Shown piece by piece: positions 31,901 through 43,329 of a stretch of 64,000 nucleotides of DNA; the first letter of the stretch is position 1; each line of letters starts with the position of its first letter. The DNA comes from Eutreptiella sp. 'Long Island Sound 2002' (taxonomy: Eukaryota; Protista; Euglenida), in the NCBI GenBank assembly GCA_964036045.1, contig OZ038378.1:193192001-193256000 (forward strand), in the 5' to 3' direction. The position numbers and the translations under genes are program-made. The notes under the pieces are model-generated. The model saw nothing but the letters and a program-made list of their open reading frames with translations, was not told where the DNA came from and searched no databases.

Positions 31901-32373
31901 GCACCCACACCCTCCTGAGCATGAGCGTCTGGGCCAAGGTCAAGGACTACTTCTCGACCCGCGGAGTGGACATCGTCGGATTCGAACCGACCGGACGGGA
32001 CTCTGTGGACGTGTTCGAGCTGCTGAAGGAGGTCGAGGCAAACGACGAATGGATGTACACGCTGGAATCGCACATCAAGACGAAGGTGTCACCGTACGAC
32101 CAGGGCTGGTGCAAGTTCAAGCAGGGGGAGTACGAGGCCGCCAGCCGCCACTTTCAGCTTCACCTCCAGGACCAGCCGGAGGACGCATGCGCCCGGCGGA
32201 TCCATGCGATCGCCGTCGCATACGCGGGGGGCGAGGCGGTGTACCGCCGCACGACGCGGGTGCCGTGGGACTGCATCGAGGAAGGCCTTGACCATGTATC
32301 TCAGCCCACGGAAGTGGGCACGGCGTGGGCTGCGATGGAGGAGCTGGTCTGTGACGAGGAGAAGCTCTCCTGA
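28938..32373 (+). CDS. Membrane class III adenylyl/guanylyl cyclase-like protein, probably catalytically inactive; exons 28938-30087, 31069-31697, 31858-32373
   Basis: Both introns are GT-AG and splice in frame (ILP-D-ELDLMPF; HVLGLQ-VGWCFTMAQLNK). About 6-7 N-terminal TM helices. Cyclase fold motifs VTVLVANLVG, LIGLHTCSVLVGHLG and LNKQLRTHTLLS. A C-terminal TPR-like helix pair (YDQGWCKFKQGEYEAASRHF...QPED). Confidence 0.85.
30200..30683. mobile_element. Harbinger-like MITE in cyclase intron 1
   Basis: GGGGG...CCCCC termini, 3-bp TSD TGG (30197-30199 and 30684-30686), GCGCTGTG/GCACTGTG subterminal repeats. Confidence 0.55.
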
Positions 32374-33012
32374 GCAGGGATGCATTGGACCCCCCCCCCC
32401 CTCAAGGGTTACCAGGTTATGGCCCAGCCGCTGTCTTACGTACCGCAAGTGTCAGCTTTAACGGCATTTGTAACCGACAGCAACCGGGGACGGTATTGGG
32501 ACATTGGGAACATGCGCTGGTATTTGGCCCATTTGCTGGGGGCAGCCCCCCTTTCCAGACTTTCCAGGAATGCTTTCTGGTGCATGTACGGCCCGGCTTG
32601 CACACCACAAGCGGAGCCGCATTTTGCAGTGGCGCTGGGCGTGCTGGAAGATCTCCGGAGCCATCACCAGCTAGGTCACTCTGGAGCCAGACCTGGGAGT
32701 CCCCATGCATAAATTCTGCAAAAAAATTGCACCCCAATATGTTCTGGGATAGCCCAGGAACACAAGCACATTTGATTGCGATTTTGTTTGTTTGAAATTG
32801 TGCCTTCATGCCTGTAGGATGTACGGGTCCTTACGAGATAGAACCGCAAAAGGCGATGATACATTGTATTGTCGTTGCCATGTGATTTTAATGAATCGAA
32901 ACGCAGGGTTAGTTCCAGAGATTGAGTCAGGCTGACCATGGACTCTACGGAAATGGTCACCAATGGCTCAATGGGACAGTTGTGCAACCTCTGTGCCGAG
33001 CCCACAAAACAC

Positions 33013-33015
<3 letters not shown>

Positions 33016-33056
<41 letters not shown>
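33016..33056. repeat. (CT)n microsatellite
   Basis: Directly visible. Confidence 0.95.
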
Positions 33057-33059
<3 letters not shown>

Positions 33060-33974
33060 TAATGACCCCTGCTCAAGGTAGGGGAGGCATGTGTGCACTA
33101 TTCAAATTCAAAATAAAGCTATCAATAGGTGCTGATGGCGGTAAACAATGCAAGCTGCAGTGCAGGTGCATGCAGATTCAATCTGATACTGCATCATTTC
33201 AGTCCACAGCAGAGGCTGCACGGCGATATAATTGTCATACTGTCATTTATGCCTGATTGAATCTGGCACCCTTTGTTGGGATGTCAATCAAAGTCACAGC
33301 TTTCGTGCACGTGCAATGCAGTGGTCTGCTGATGTGTGGCACATGTGATGCAATGGTTTGCCTTCTTTGCACTCCCGAAGCTGTGGAACTTTCCATGCAC
33401 ATGGAGGGTGCTGCCCCCGGTGCATGTGTGTTTGGCTGCATCCATGAGCGCCGATGCACATTTGCGCTGCAAGTCACCACATCACTCCGTTCTAAGTCCT
33501 TGCGCTATGTTCTGCAGCATGGCAAACAGCCCGGGTGACTTGATTGACGCAGTGTTCGTGGTGTGCGCGGTGCGTGGGCGGCACCCGCATGGGCTGCACG
33601 ACGCCACCAAGCCGAGGGTGTTTTGCCATCCCTTGTTTCAGCGCGAACCAGACACGAGAACAACCATGTGACCTGCCTGCCGAGGATGACACCACCCGAT
33701 GCCCACTCGCTGTGGGGATTACCAGAGACACCTCCCAGTCAAAATGATGCAGCTGGCTGACAGGGGGAGGGGGGGATGACCTGGATTGCCTAGAGGCCCC
33801 TGCTGGGTTGCAATGTCCATAAGAAAATACCCCCTCAAGCTGCTGACCGGGTTCTGAGGCAGGGGGATGAGCTGACTCAAGCCAGCCTATGCAATATTTG
33901 ATAGCCCAATATTCGATAGCCCAATGGGCGAACTCAAAGCAACATTCAGCACTGGTTTGAGCGGTGACCGTATA

Positions 33975-36133
33975 GCCTGTGTCACGGGGTCTGTGTCACG
34001 GGGTCTGTATCGGTAGCTGAGTATCAGTTGCTTCACGACCCCCTGTACCTGGTATGTTAGAGTGGGCGGGATTTTTTCCTGTTGCAAACCATCTCGGCCA
34101 ACCACTGTCAGTTGGCCTGCAGCTGGCGGTGGTTGGCCCACAACCACCATTGGTCGGCCCACAGCCGCTGTTGGTTGGCCCAACTGCTGTCCGTTGGCTG
34201 GGGTGACCCATGACAACCCCTGGGAAGGGCCTGGGACAGGTTCAGGGGATCATGCCGTGACAACATGAATTGCATGAGTACTACCAAAATCCATGGGACC
34301 CCAGATGGCCTCTGTGCAAGCCGGAGGCGAAACGTCACGCCCTTCACCAGGCATGGCTTAGTGTCATTCTTTGAGCGCTGCTGGCACCCAGATGATGCAC
34401 TCCATGGCAGGAATGGAGAGATACCCATGCGACGATGGGAGGGCGCCCCTGCTTGGCAAAACACCCACTCCCCCTTCAGCTAAGGCCTGCTTACCAAAGC
34501 AATGGCTGCTACAGCTCATTCAGCAGACCCTCTTTCAACAGCGGGATCCTGTTTCGGGTGACGCAAGTTCGTTTGCCGCACACATTACTGTGCACACCGC
34601 CGAGTGAGAGGTGTAATGTAGTTGTAGTCGTACTCCCCCTCTCCCCGCGGAAGCACTGCATTGTCTAAGCACTGGTACCCGGTGTGACCGTTGTTTGTTT
34701 CTGACCATAGTTTCATGGTCAGAAACTCAGTGGAACGTGATCCTTGGTGCAGTGGCTTACCACTCGATGTTGTTGGCGATGTCAGTGAGACATCACACCA
34801 AGGTGCTCGCCATTGGAGAGGGATGACTTGGGTGAACCCCAGTGGAATTAAGTCCTGAGCGCTGTTTGCTTGTGGTTGTCTTTAATGTTGTCGGTTATTC
34901 AGCCGCCGCTCTGTTCCATCAACATGCGTCACAGTTGTGTGTGAGAGTGTTACTGCACATCTGCACATCGCTGTCATTGTCTATTCTGTGGAACACCAAC
35001 ATTGAGGGATACAGCGTATACCCGCCCCTCCCCCTCCTCTGATGATGCCTGTGTCACGGGGTCTGTGTCACGGGGTCTGTATCGGTAGCTGAGTATCAGT
35101 TGCTTCACGACCCCCTGTACCTGGTATGTTAGAGTGGGCGGGATTTTTTCCTGTTGCAAACCATCTCGGCCAACCACTGTCAGTTGGCCTGCAGCTGGCG
35201 GTGGTTGGCCCACAACCACCATTGGTCGGCCCACAGCCGCTGTTGGTTGGCCCAACTGCTGTCCGTTGGCTGGGGTGACCCATGACAACCCCTGGGAAGG
35301 GCCTGGGACAGGTTCAGGGGATCATGCCGTGACAACATGAATTGCATGAGTACTACCAAAATCCATGGGACCCCAGATGGCCTCTGTGCAAGCCGGAGGC
35401 GAAACGTCACGCCCTTCACCAGGCATGGCTTAGTGTCATTCTTTGAGCGCTGCTGGCACCCAGATGATGCACTCCATGGCAGGAATGGAGAGATACCCAT
35501 GCGACGATGGGAGGGCGCCCCTGCTTGGCAAAACACCCACTCCCCCTTCAGCTAAGGCCTGCTTACCAAAGCAATGGCTGCTACAGCTCATTCAGCAGAC
35601 CCTCTTTCAACAGCGGGATCCTGTTTCGGGTGACGCAAGTTCGTTTGCCGCACACATTACTGTGCACACCGCCGAGTGAGAGGTGTAATGTAGTTGTAGT
35701 CGTACTCCCCCTCTCCCCGCGGAAGCACTGCATTGTCTAAGCACTGGTACCCGGTGTGACCGTTGTTTGTTTCTGACCATAGTTTCATGGTCAGAAACTC
35801 AGTGGAACGTGATCCTTGGTGCAGTGGCTTACCACTCGATGTTGTTGGCGATGTCAGTGAGACATCACACCAAGGTGCTCGCCATTGGAGAGGGATGACT
35901 TGGGTGAACCCCAGTGGAATTAAGTCCTGAGCGCTGTTTGCTTGTGGTTGTCTTTAATGTTGTCGGTTATTCAGCCGCCGCTCTGTTCCATCAACATGCG
36001 TCACAGTTGTGTGTGAGAGTGTTACTGCACATCTGCACATCGCTGTCATTGTCTATTCTGTGGAACACCAACATTGAGGGATACAGCGTATACCCGCCCC
36101 TCCCCCTCCTCTGATGATGCCTGTGTCACGGGG
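33975..36133. repeat. Tandem duplication of a 1072-bp unit (33975-35046, 35047-36118) plus a third copy of the 15-bp junction motif GCCTGTGTCACGGGG
   Basis: All ORFs in the track recur at an offset of exactly 1072 with identical translations; the junction motif is at 33975, 35047 and 36119. Confidence 0.95.
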
Positions 36134-36214
36134 GTATTCCGGCGGGTACTGCAGCGCATTGATTTTTCTCTTGCCACGCCTCTGGCCATCCCACTTGAAT
36201 CTGCCATAGCCACG

Positions 36215-36841
36215 CAAGAGCAAGAATCACCCGTTTCCGGTGCATTACCGGTGCACTATCTAGAAAAATGGGCAATACAGGAAAAGTGGGGGAAAATGGG
36301 GGTAAATGGGCAAATTTCTTTGTTCTTTGTGGAAAAATTGGGGAAACCTGCACGTGAAAGCTCCAAAAATGCACTTTTTGTCTGGTCACCGCGCGGGGGG
36401 GGGGGGTCACCTAATGAATAATGTAGTAGAAGGAAAATGGGGGACAATGGAGAAAAATGGGGGGAAATGCGAGAATTTCTTCATATTTTGTCGAGCAATG
36501 GAGGTGATTTGCTGTCAAAGCTTCAATGCTAGTGCTTTTGTTGTTGTAGGTGTGGGCATTATACCTAGCCCATGGTCTTCTCCGTGGATGAAGTGTGAGA
36601 CTCACCGTACAGCAGTGATGTTACAGTACAATGGCAGTCTGCAATAGTATATTTTGCACCCACTTATAGATCGAAGGCTGTAGATGTAACGTGGTGTTGC
36701 TGCATGCCCTCCTCCTTGTTTCTGGCCCCTGTTTCAACCTTTCGCCCCCATTTCCCCCCATTTTCCCTGTTTTCCCATTTTTCTCCGGGTGCATTACCGG
36801 GTGCATTACGTCCCTCCCTGGCCGGGTGATTCTCCTCATTG
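36215..36841. mobile_element. Non-autonomous hAT-like element (627 bp) with a 6-bp TSD
   Basis: Imperfect TIRs CAAGAGCAAGAATCACCC / GGGTGATTCTCCTCATTG; TSD GCCACG at 36209-36214 and 36842-36847. The empty site is seen in the paralogous host repeat near 43610-43630 (CTGCCATAGCCACGGCTTT). CCGG(G)TGCATTA subterminal repeats. Confidence 0.75.
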
Positions 36842-36882
36842 GCCACGGCTTTTCTATCTGCTGGTTGTGGTTCCCAACACTA

Positions 36883-36883
<1 letters not shown>

Positions 36884-36970
<87 letters not shown>
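36884..36970. repeat. (GT)n microsatellite
   Basis: Directly visible. Confidence 0.97.
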
Positions 36971-36971
<1 letters not shown>

Positions 36972-39199
36972 ATTCTCCGATCACGCAAGCTGATTCCCCC
37001 CAGAGAAACACCTTTTGCTGTGGACGGGAGTAGCAGATCAGGGCAAACGCCATCACCTAGGGTGCGAAGAGCTGAGGTCACACGTGTGTGTCTGCGCATA
37101 GTGCATACAGCTGCGCGGCACGTAGTATGCCCCAGGAGTGAAGAACCACCAAGCTGGTGTCCCTGTATGCACTCAATACACATGCTTGACCCAGACCGTA
37201 AACAGTTGCTGCACTGCAAGAGGTAGTGCCGCATTCTTTGCTCTGCACAGATTGCTTCAAAACAGTGCCCGTACTGCTTCAACCGTCTATTCAGGTAGAC
37301 ATGCGCTTAACCCACTGAGCCAACCGCTACATGCGTTCCTCATTGTACTTACGATAGTGGAGCACCCCAACCAAGAAGGGGACACGAGCAATTGTGAAAC
37401 TGTTTACTGCAGAACTAAGGGCTGAACTTGTGTATGGTGGGGACATTCAGTCAATCAGTACCGACCATTGATCCCCCTCAACCGTCTACGTCAGAAAGGC
37501 TCTCATGATGTCTATCTGACTGGGTTTTGGATTGTGGCCTGACGAGATTTTTACTGTGACCAGTGCCAGTCTGTGCGGATTTTTGGTCGCTTTGCGTTGT
37601 CTGCATGCGTGTGTGCACTGCTTCCGTGCTGCCTACAGAAAGGCACCTGGTTGTCACGGGGTCTTTTGTTATTGACTGTATGATGGCCTGACCAGAATCG
37701 AGCACTCAGCGCTTTTGTAGTGCCTGTTTGTCGCGTATCAGGTGTGTGTTTTGCGTGCGTGTGTGCCGAAAGCAATGTGCCGCAAATATGAAGCACACCA
37801 GCCCCTGAAGCTCTTGGTGGATGGCTTGATAAACAAGGTCAATCTTCTGGAGGTTCTGTCCACACTGTGGTTGGCCGGCCGCACATGTTTGACTTGACGT
37901 GAAAATGTGCTTGTGATGATGATGTGATTTTACTGGCCGCATGTGCCGGTTTCCCCTTATGCCCGTGACAATTGCGTCCCCTTGCATACTTCTCGGCCTT
38001 GTGGAAGTTATACCCTGCTGAGGAAAGGATCACCAAATCAGAGTGTCCCCACCCCTGGGTGACTGTGCATCTCCACAGCGCGTCAATACAAGGCAAGGTC
38101 CCCCCCCCCTGTGCAAACACGCCCTTGTGCAAACACGGTGACCCCGTGGTTCCCGTACCTTTTTGGGTTTTGTAGATTTGTGCATGTTGTAAGAGTGGTC
38201 AAGTTGGGTGTCACAGTATGAGTGTAGTTGTAATTGCATGCTCTCTTGTGTTGTGGTGTGTATGCTCAACAATAAGAGATCCAAGCTTATCCCTGAGCCA
38301 GCCAGTAACCTAGCCCCTCAGGCCCCCCCTCAGCCAACAGCAAAATCCCAGTTTCTGTCAAATCACCTCGAAGAGAGGTTGTTAGATCAAGCGCAGGCAC
38401 GGTCACCATGCACCCCCCCTTTTGGGGGTCGTCTGCGTAGCATACCCCAAGGCATGTTATTGGATGTTTGGCCCCTTGTAAAATCATTGTTTTGACCCCC
38501 CAATGAATTTTTCGATTTTGAGCCCTCTAGCCCCACTTTTATGGGGGGTGGGTGGGTGGGTGGGTGGGTGGGGGGGTCAAAAGTCTGTGCTGAGTCAGAT
38601 TCGAACCCTGATCTGCAAAACAGCTGAGGGACACCCCATCATGCAGTCGGCTGGGATTCGAACTGTTTTCCCACTCAACCACTGTTTTTGCTTGCACACA
38701 TGAGGTCCACCATCGCTTGTAGATGTAGGCAGCCACCAAAAAACCCAAACTGGGTTTTCTGCCAATATGCCTGCCTGCCTCACTGACTGCCTGCCTGACT
38801 GCCTGCCTGCTTGACTGACTCAGTGATTGGCTAACTGTTAGCCTAATTGACTGACTCTAGTCTTCTAGCACTCTCTTCAAGGTGCCTTGCCCGAGGCAAT
38901 AGAATTTTGGAACTTGTGTTGCTCTCGCAAGGGGAGGAGGCGAAGTATGCACAAACAATGGGACCAAACATGAGATTCCGCTTTGCTCAGTTTGCTCCAC
39001 TTCTATCGTTCTGCTTGCACCGTGAGGAATTTCTTCTTGTGACTCCAAACAGGTTGGAAAGGAACAACAAAGAACAACGGAAGGTTTCCCAGTTAGCTAA
39101 AACAAAAAATCGTACGAAATAGGCATAAGGGGGGGGTCCCACTGCATCACCTGGTTTCAGATTCACCTAATCCTCACTATGTGTCAGATCCGCTACCAA

Positions 39200-39935
39200 G
39201 GGGGCGCCTGCAGCGCAGTGCGCGCATAGTGCGCGCGCAGTGCAACTATTTGGGCGTCTGGTGGTGGTAGAAACTAGTACTTTTTGGTACTTTGGGCATC
39301 ATTGTTGTTTGGTAGTAGGTTTTGATGCATTGGGGATCTGGCATTTTTGGATGTTCACCCTGTTTCACCCATTTCTACTTTTTTGCACACATTTTCCCCC
39401 CATTTCCACCACATCTACTCTTTTTCTGGGTTGATTGATGTAGGGTGATACACTTTGAGGGTGCCTGCTACAGGCCATCATACTTCCCTCCTCATTTGTC
39501 AGGCCCACTTTCTCCATGGATCTCAGTATTGGGGATAGGGTGTTTTATACCCGCTTTAATGACCTGCGACCTCCTGACACGGTGGTTGGGACGGCTGAAG
39601 GCGGACTCCTCCACTTGGAATACTACCAAGATGGGTTGAGAGTGGTGAATTGGCAATGCAAGATGGAGTCCATCTCCTTTGCCATCCCAAGTTCAGACTC
39701 GCCACCTGACTGCTCTCCATCTCCGCCGCCCAACACACAGTCAAGTTCCCCCCCAAAGGCCCCTGGTCCTTCACCACTGCCACAAGGACCGGGAAGGTCC
39801 CCCTCAAGGTCCCCTCCAGTCCAGTTTGGGTCGCCTAATTCTAAGGGTGTTTCCAATGGGCGTGTCTAGGGGCTCTTCGGGGGGAACATAGTCCAAAAGT
39901 AGCACGCAGTGCGCGCACAGTGCAAGGATTCCCCC
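39200..39935 (+). mobile_element. Non-autonomous element with GGGGG/CCCCC ends carrying a short Tudor/KOW-like ORF (39516-39869); intact reference copy
   Basis: Near-identical halves recur at about 44424-44752 and 53188-53480. Shares GCAGTGCGCGC subterminal motifs with the Harbinger-like elements. No clean TSD. Confidence 0.6.
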
Positions 39936-40952
39936 ACAGTCAGTTGTGGGATCATCGTAGCACTGGAAAGCTCTGAACCTTGATCCCGAGGGGTTACCTC
40001 GAGTACTGTGACGCGAGCAGGCTACGCCAGCCCATCTTCTTCTGAGCCAAACAAAAAAGGAGGGGGTGGCATTGCTGGTGAGGGTGTGTGGGGTGTGTCT
40101 GGGAAGTTCTGGTGCAACTGGGGTCCCCCCTTTATTGTGGGGGATGTATTCTTGTTGTTGGGAACAGTGTAGGTACTGACCCATTGGGAACACAATGGTC
40201 TGACATGTGCACCATTTGAGTCATTGAAGAATTCATGTTTTTTCATCTTCCTTGTTCAGATGGACATCATCAAGCGTCATTACTGCCCACAAAAAGGTGC
40301 CTCTGTGGTCCATTGGGATTCCTTGCTTCCCGCTACCAGACTTTCCTGCGGGACAAGCACTCTGATGCTGGTGAGGGTGCAGCTTGCAGCTTGTGTGTTC
40401 GCTCTGCACACCCCAGTACATTTCTCGGCGACACAGTCCAGTGTCAGCCGCACAGGCAGTGGATTCTGGGCTACAGCAGTCTTCTGGTGCCACATCGTTG
40501 GTCACACTCAGTAGGTTCTGCGTAATTTGTATTGGGGATTTGTGTTTTTCCGGCTGCGGGGGGGGGGTCTACCGACCTGCCTGCTCTGCAGGGTTTGTAT
40601 TCCTCCTTATCTTCTGAACCACGGGTGGACTGGGGAGTCCACCGGGGGAGGGGGGCTACTGCTGAGACACGTTGAATCTTTGTCGATGCCAGCTTGATAG
40701 TCGTAGGACACTAGGTGCAGAGAATGCTTGTACTCCACGTACTTTGTTCACTGCAGCGAAAGGCGCCTATGACATGTCACTGAAGAGCTTTCCTCTTTGA
40801 CTTTTGCTTTGCACTTCTGCTTTGTGCTGAACAGCGCCGGTCGTGCACACGCATCTGTATCCCATAGCGGGGTTGTGCTACAAAACGTTGTGCATGGCAG
40901 GGTTTTAACCTACAACCTTCAATCTGGAGATCAGGGCATAGAGAGTACGTTA

Positions 40953-41384
40953 GCGCGCCGGGCACGCGCCGGGTGCGCCGGGCAAAGTTTTCCGACGCTT
41001 TGGTATGGCCCCTCGAGTTGGGGTTAAGGACTCCCACTCTTCGGTGTGGCCACTTGAGTGGTCCGTCACTCGCACAAGAGGGGGATTCTTTGACTCTGAG
41101 GTGGGTGGCCATGATGGGGCCTACAGGGGTAGGGTACCTGCTCGAAAGTGGGTGTGGGTGCGCATTCAGACCCAGGGGTGGTTTCTAGGTCCCAAAAACA
41201 CAGTCTCCTTGTTTTTTTATGCATTTATGGACATTTCCATATCCATTGCAAGTCGAAATATTTGGAAAAATCGGACTTTGGATTGTAGATGGTGTTTTGT
41301 GTGAGATGTTTAGAGATGAATCATGGCTCAGTGGCCTATGAGGGTACATTTGCCCGGCGTGTGCCCGGCGTGAGCCCGGCGCGC
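40953..41384. mobile_element. Internally deleted Harbinger/IS5-like element (MITE-sized)
   Basis: Inverted ends of about 34 bp built from three CGCCGGG units (40953-40986 and 41349-41384). Internal GGFFDSEVGGHDGAYRG is homologous to QFFDYEVGNHDGAYKG at about 22700. Confidence 0.65.
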
Positions 41385-41684
41385 CCAGCAGCCAAATGAA
41401 TGTGCCGGCCATCTATCACAATGCTTTACCCCCAAACATCACCCCCTCCTCTAGCTCAGGAACCCTAAGCACAAGCACATTGTACAACCCCCCCCCCGTA
41501 CGGGAATCCCGTATTTCCCGTACAGCCCCGAACAGTGGCCCGTACAGTGGGTTCTCAGAACCATAGCACAGAAATAGGCAATATTAGGCACCCATTTGTC
41601 TCTTTTTCCTGCCCTCCCATCATCCTCACAACTCAGAAACGCATGTGCTATGTGACCACCGCTTTCATCGATCGCAAATAACCC

Positions 41685-42926
41685 GTGAACAACATCACGG
41701 TTGCGAATGCCATTATGAATGAGTGGCCTGCCCTTAATCTACCCCGGGAAAAGGTGCTTCTGGTGTTGGTGGACAATGCAGGTTACTGTGCACTTGCATT
41801 TACTGCACATTTGCAAGCTTTCTTCCCCAATGCCAAACTCCGTACATGTTGGGGTCACACTGGTAACCGCTTTGGGGCTGCCATGCTAGAACACCCCGAT
41901 ATGGCAGAGTTGCGGGAGTATCTGAAACTCATGCGTTCTCTTGTGCATGGTGCAAACATGGTGTCTCGGCGGCAGCGATACATTGCTGCAGTGGGTGCGG
42001 TGTGCCCTGATTACACAGACACCCGCTGGGACTCTGCGACTTCTGCGGCCGAGCATCATGCAAAGCACTTGCGTTTAGAGGTTGCGTGGATATCCACTGA
42101 GGTTGACCGGAGTTCTCAGGGCAAGGAACGTCCCGAGGCCAAAAAGAACACAGTTCTTCAGCAGGTCTCTGCTCTGGTTAGCAAGCACCGCCTAGTTTTG
42201 CATCTGCAACTCACGTTTTTTTCCGAGTTTGGAAAACCAATATATGAATTTATCACCCACTTGCAGGTGGACATTGTTCCCAAAGGGAACTCAGGTGGAC
42301 AACGTACCCCCATTGGCCATCGCCTGTTCATTAGGGTGATAGAGCTTGAGAGCAAACTGCAAAATTGGGCCCAAGATGTTGGGCTGGTCCCTGGTGTCAA
42401 ACCATTGCTTGATATGATTCGAAACCCTGCATTGCGAGAGGCACATGTGAACAGTTTGAAACGTGTTGCTCAAAAGGTTCTTGCTGTGATCGCCAAATAC
42501 AAGGACAAGCAATTGCCTTTTTTTGATGAGCTGCGGGTGCTAGACCCCAGACAAAGGTCAGCTATGTCCCAGGACCTCAGTTCTTACAACCATCTGTTTG
42601 ATGCCAGCACCCAGCAGCTGTTGCAACGCTCTGGACAGTGGACCATCTATTGGAAACTGAATATTGTTGCTGGTGCTGATTTTAGTTTGTTGTCTTGGTG
42701 GGAGAATGCCTCCCTTTATATGGGTATGCCTGATTTGGCTGACCGTGCAATCACTGCTTTAACTTTGCCAGTGACCACCACTGTTGCAGAGGGGTCATTC
42801 CGTGTTATGAAGGGGCTCCTGACAGCTGACCGCCGGTGCATGTCTCATGACACGCAAATTGGATACCTTTTGGCCATGGTGAATGGGGATGTCAACCACC
42901 GCATCCCACAATGGGCCTTTGTGTAG
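41685..42926 (+). CDS. hAT-family transposase, C-terminal 413 aa (N-terminus lost; in-frame stop just upstream)
   Basis: KVLLVLVDNAGY (D), RTCWGH (CxxH), DTRWDS (RW), and dimerisation-domain WW...PDLADRAITALTLPVTTTVAEGSF...RR (E). Confidence 0.85.
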   Translation: MNNITVANAIMNEWPALNLPREKVLLVLVDNAGYCALAFTAHLQAFFPNAKLRTCWGHTGNRFGAAMLEHPDMAELREYLKLMRSLVHGANMVSRRQRYIAAVGAVCPDYTDTRWDSATSAAEHHAKHLRLEVAWISTEVDRSSQGKERPEAKKNTVLQQVSALVSKHRLVLHLQLTFFSEFGKPIYEFITHLQVDIVPKGNSGGQRTPIGHRLFIRVIELESKLQNWAQDVGLVPGVKPLLDMIRNPALREAHVNSLKRVAQKVLAVIAKYKDKQLPFFDELRVLDPRQRSAMSQDLSSYNHLFDASTQQLLQRSGQWTIYWKLNIVAGADFSLLSWWENASLYMGMPDLADRAITALTLPVTTTVAEGSFRVMKGLLTADRRCMSHDTQIGYLLAMVNGDVNHRIPQWAFV

Positions 42927-43256
42927 TGTTGCACTTTGTGCCTCAGGGTACACTACCCAGCCGGCGAGTGGCTGGATGCAAAGATTTGTGGTTCCCAGCT
43001 TTGTTGTTGTTGTTTGTGATTGTGTTCAATGCATGTCATGTGCACTTGTACTGCTGAAAAAGCGCCAGAAAAAGCGCCGGAAGCGCCAGAAAAAGCGCCA
43101 GCAAAAGCGCCAGAAGCGCGAGAAGAAGCGCCAGAAAAGTACCCAGCTTTTTTGTTGTTGTTTGCGATTGTGTTCAATGCATGTCATGTGCACCTGTACT
43201 GCTGAAAAAGCGCCAGAAAAAGCGCCAGAAGCGCCAGAAAAAGCGCCAGAAAAGAG

Positions 43257-43329
43257 TGCCTGAGGCAGGAATTGAACACAGGACTCCCCAGCTATGAGCA
43301 CATGCATCTACCAACTCGGGTATGACAGG
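43257..43329 (-). pseudogene. tRNA-like relic with a CAT anticodon-like loop (tRNA-Met pseudogene or SINE head)
   Basis: Minus strand CCTGTCATACCCGAGTTGGTAGATGCATGTGCTCATAGCTGGGGGAGTCCTGTGTTCAATTCCTGCCTCAGGCA has A-box and B-box-like motifs and CTCATAG; stems pair poorly. Confidence 0.4.
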
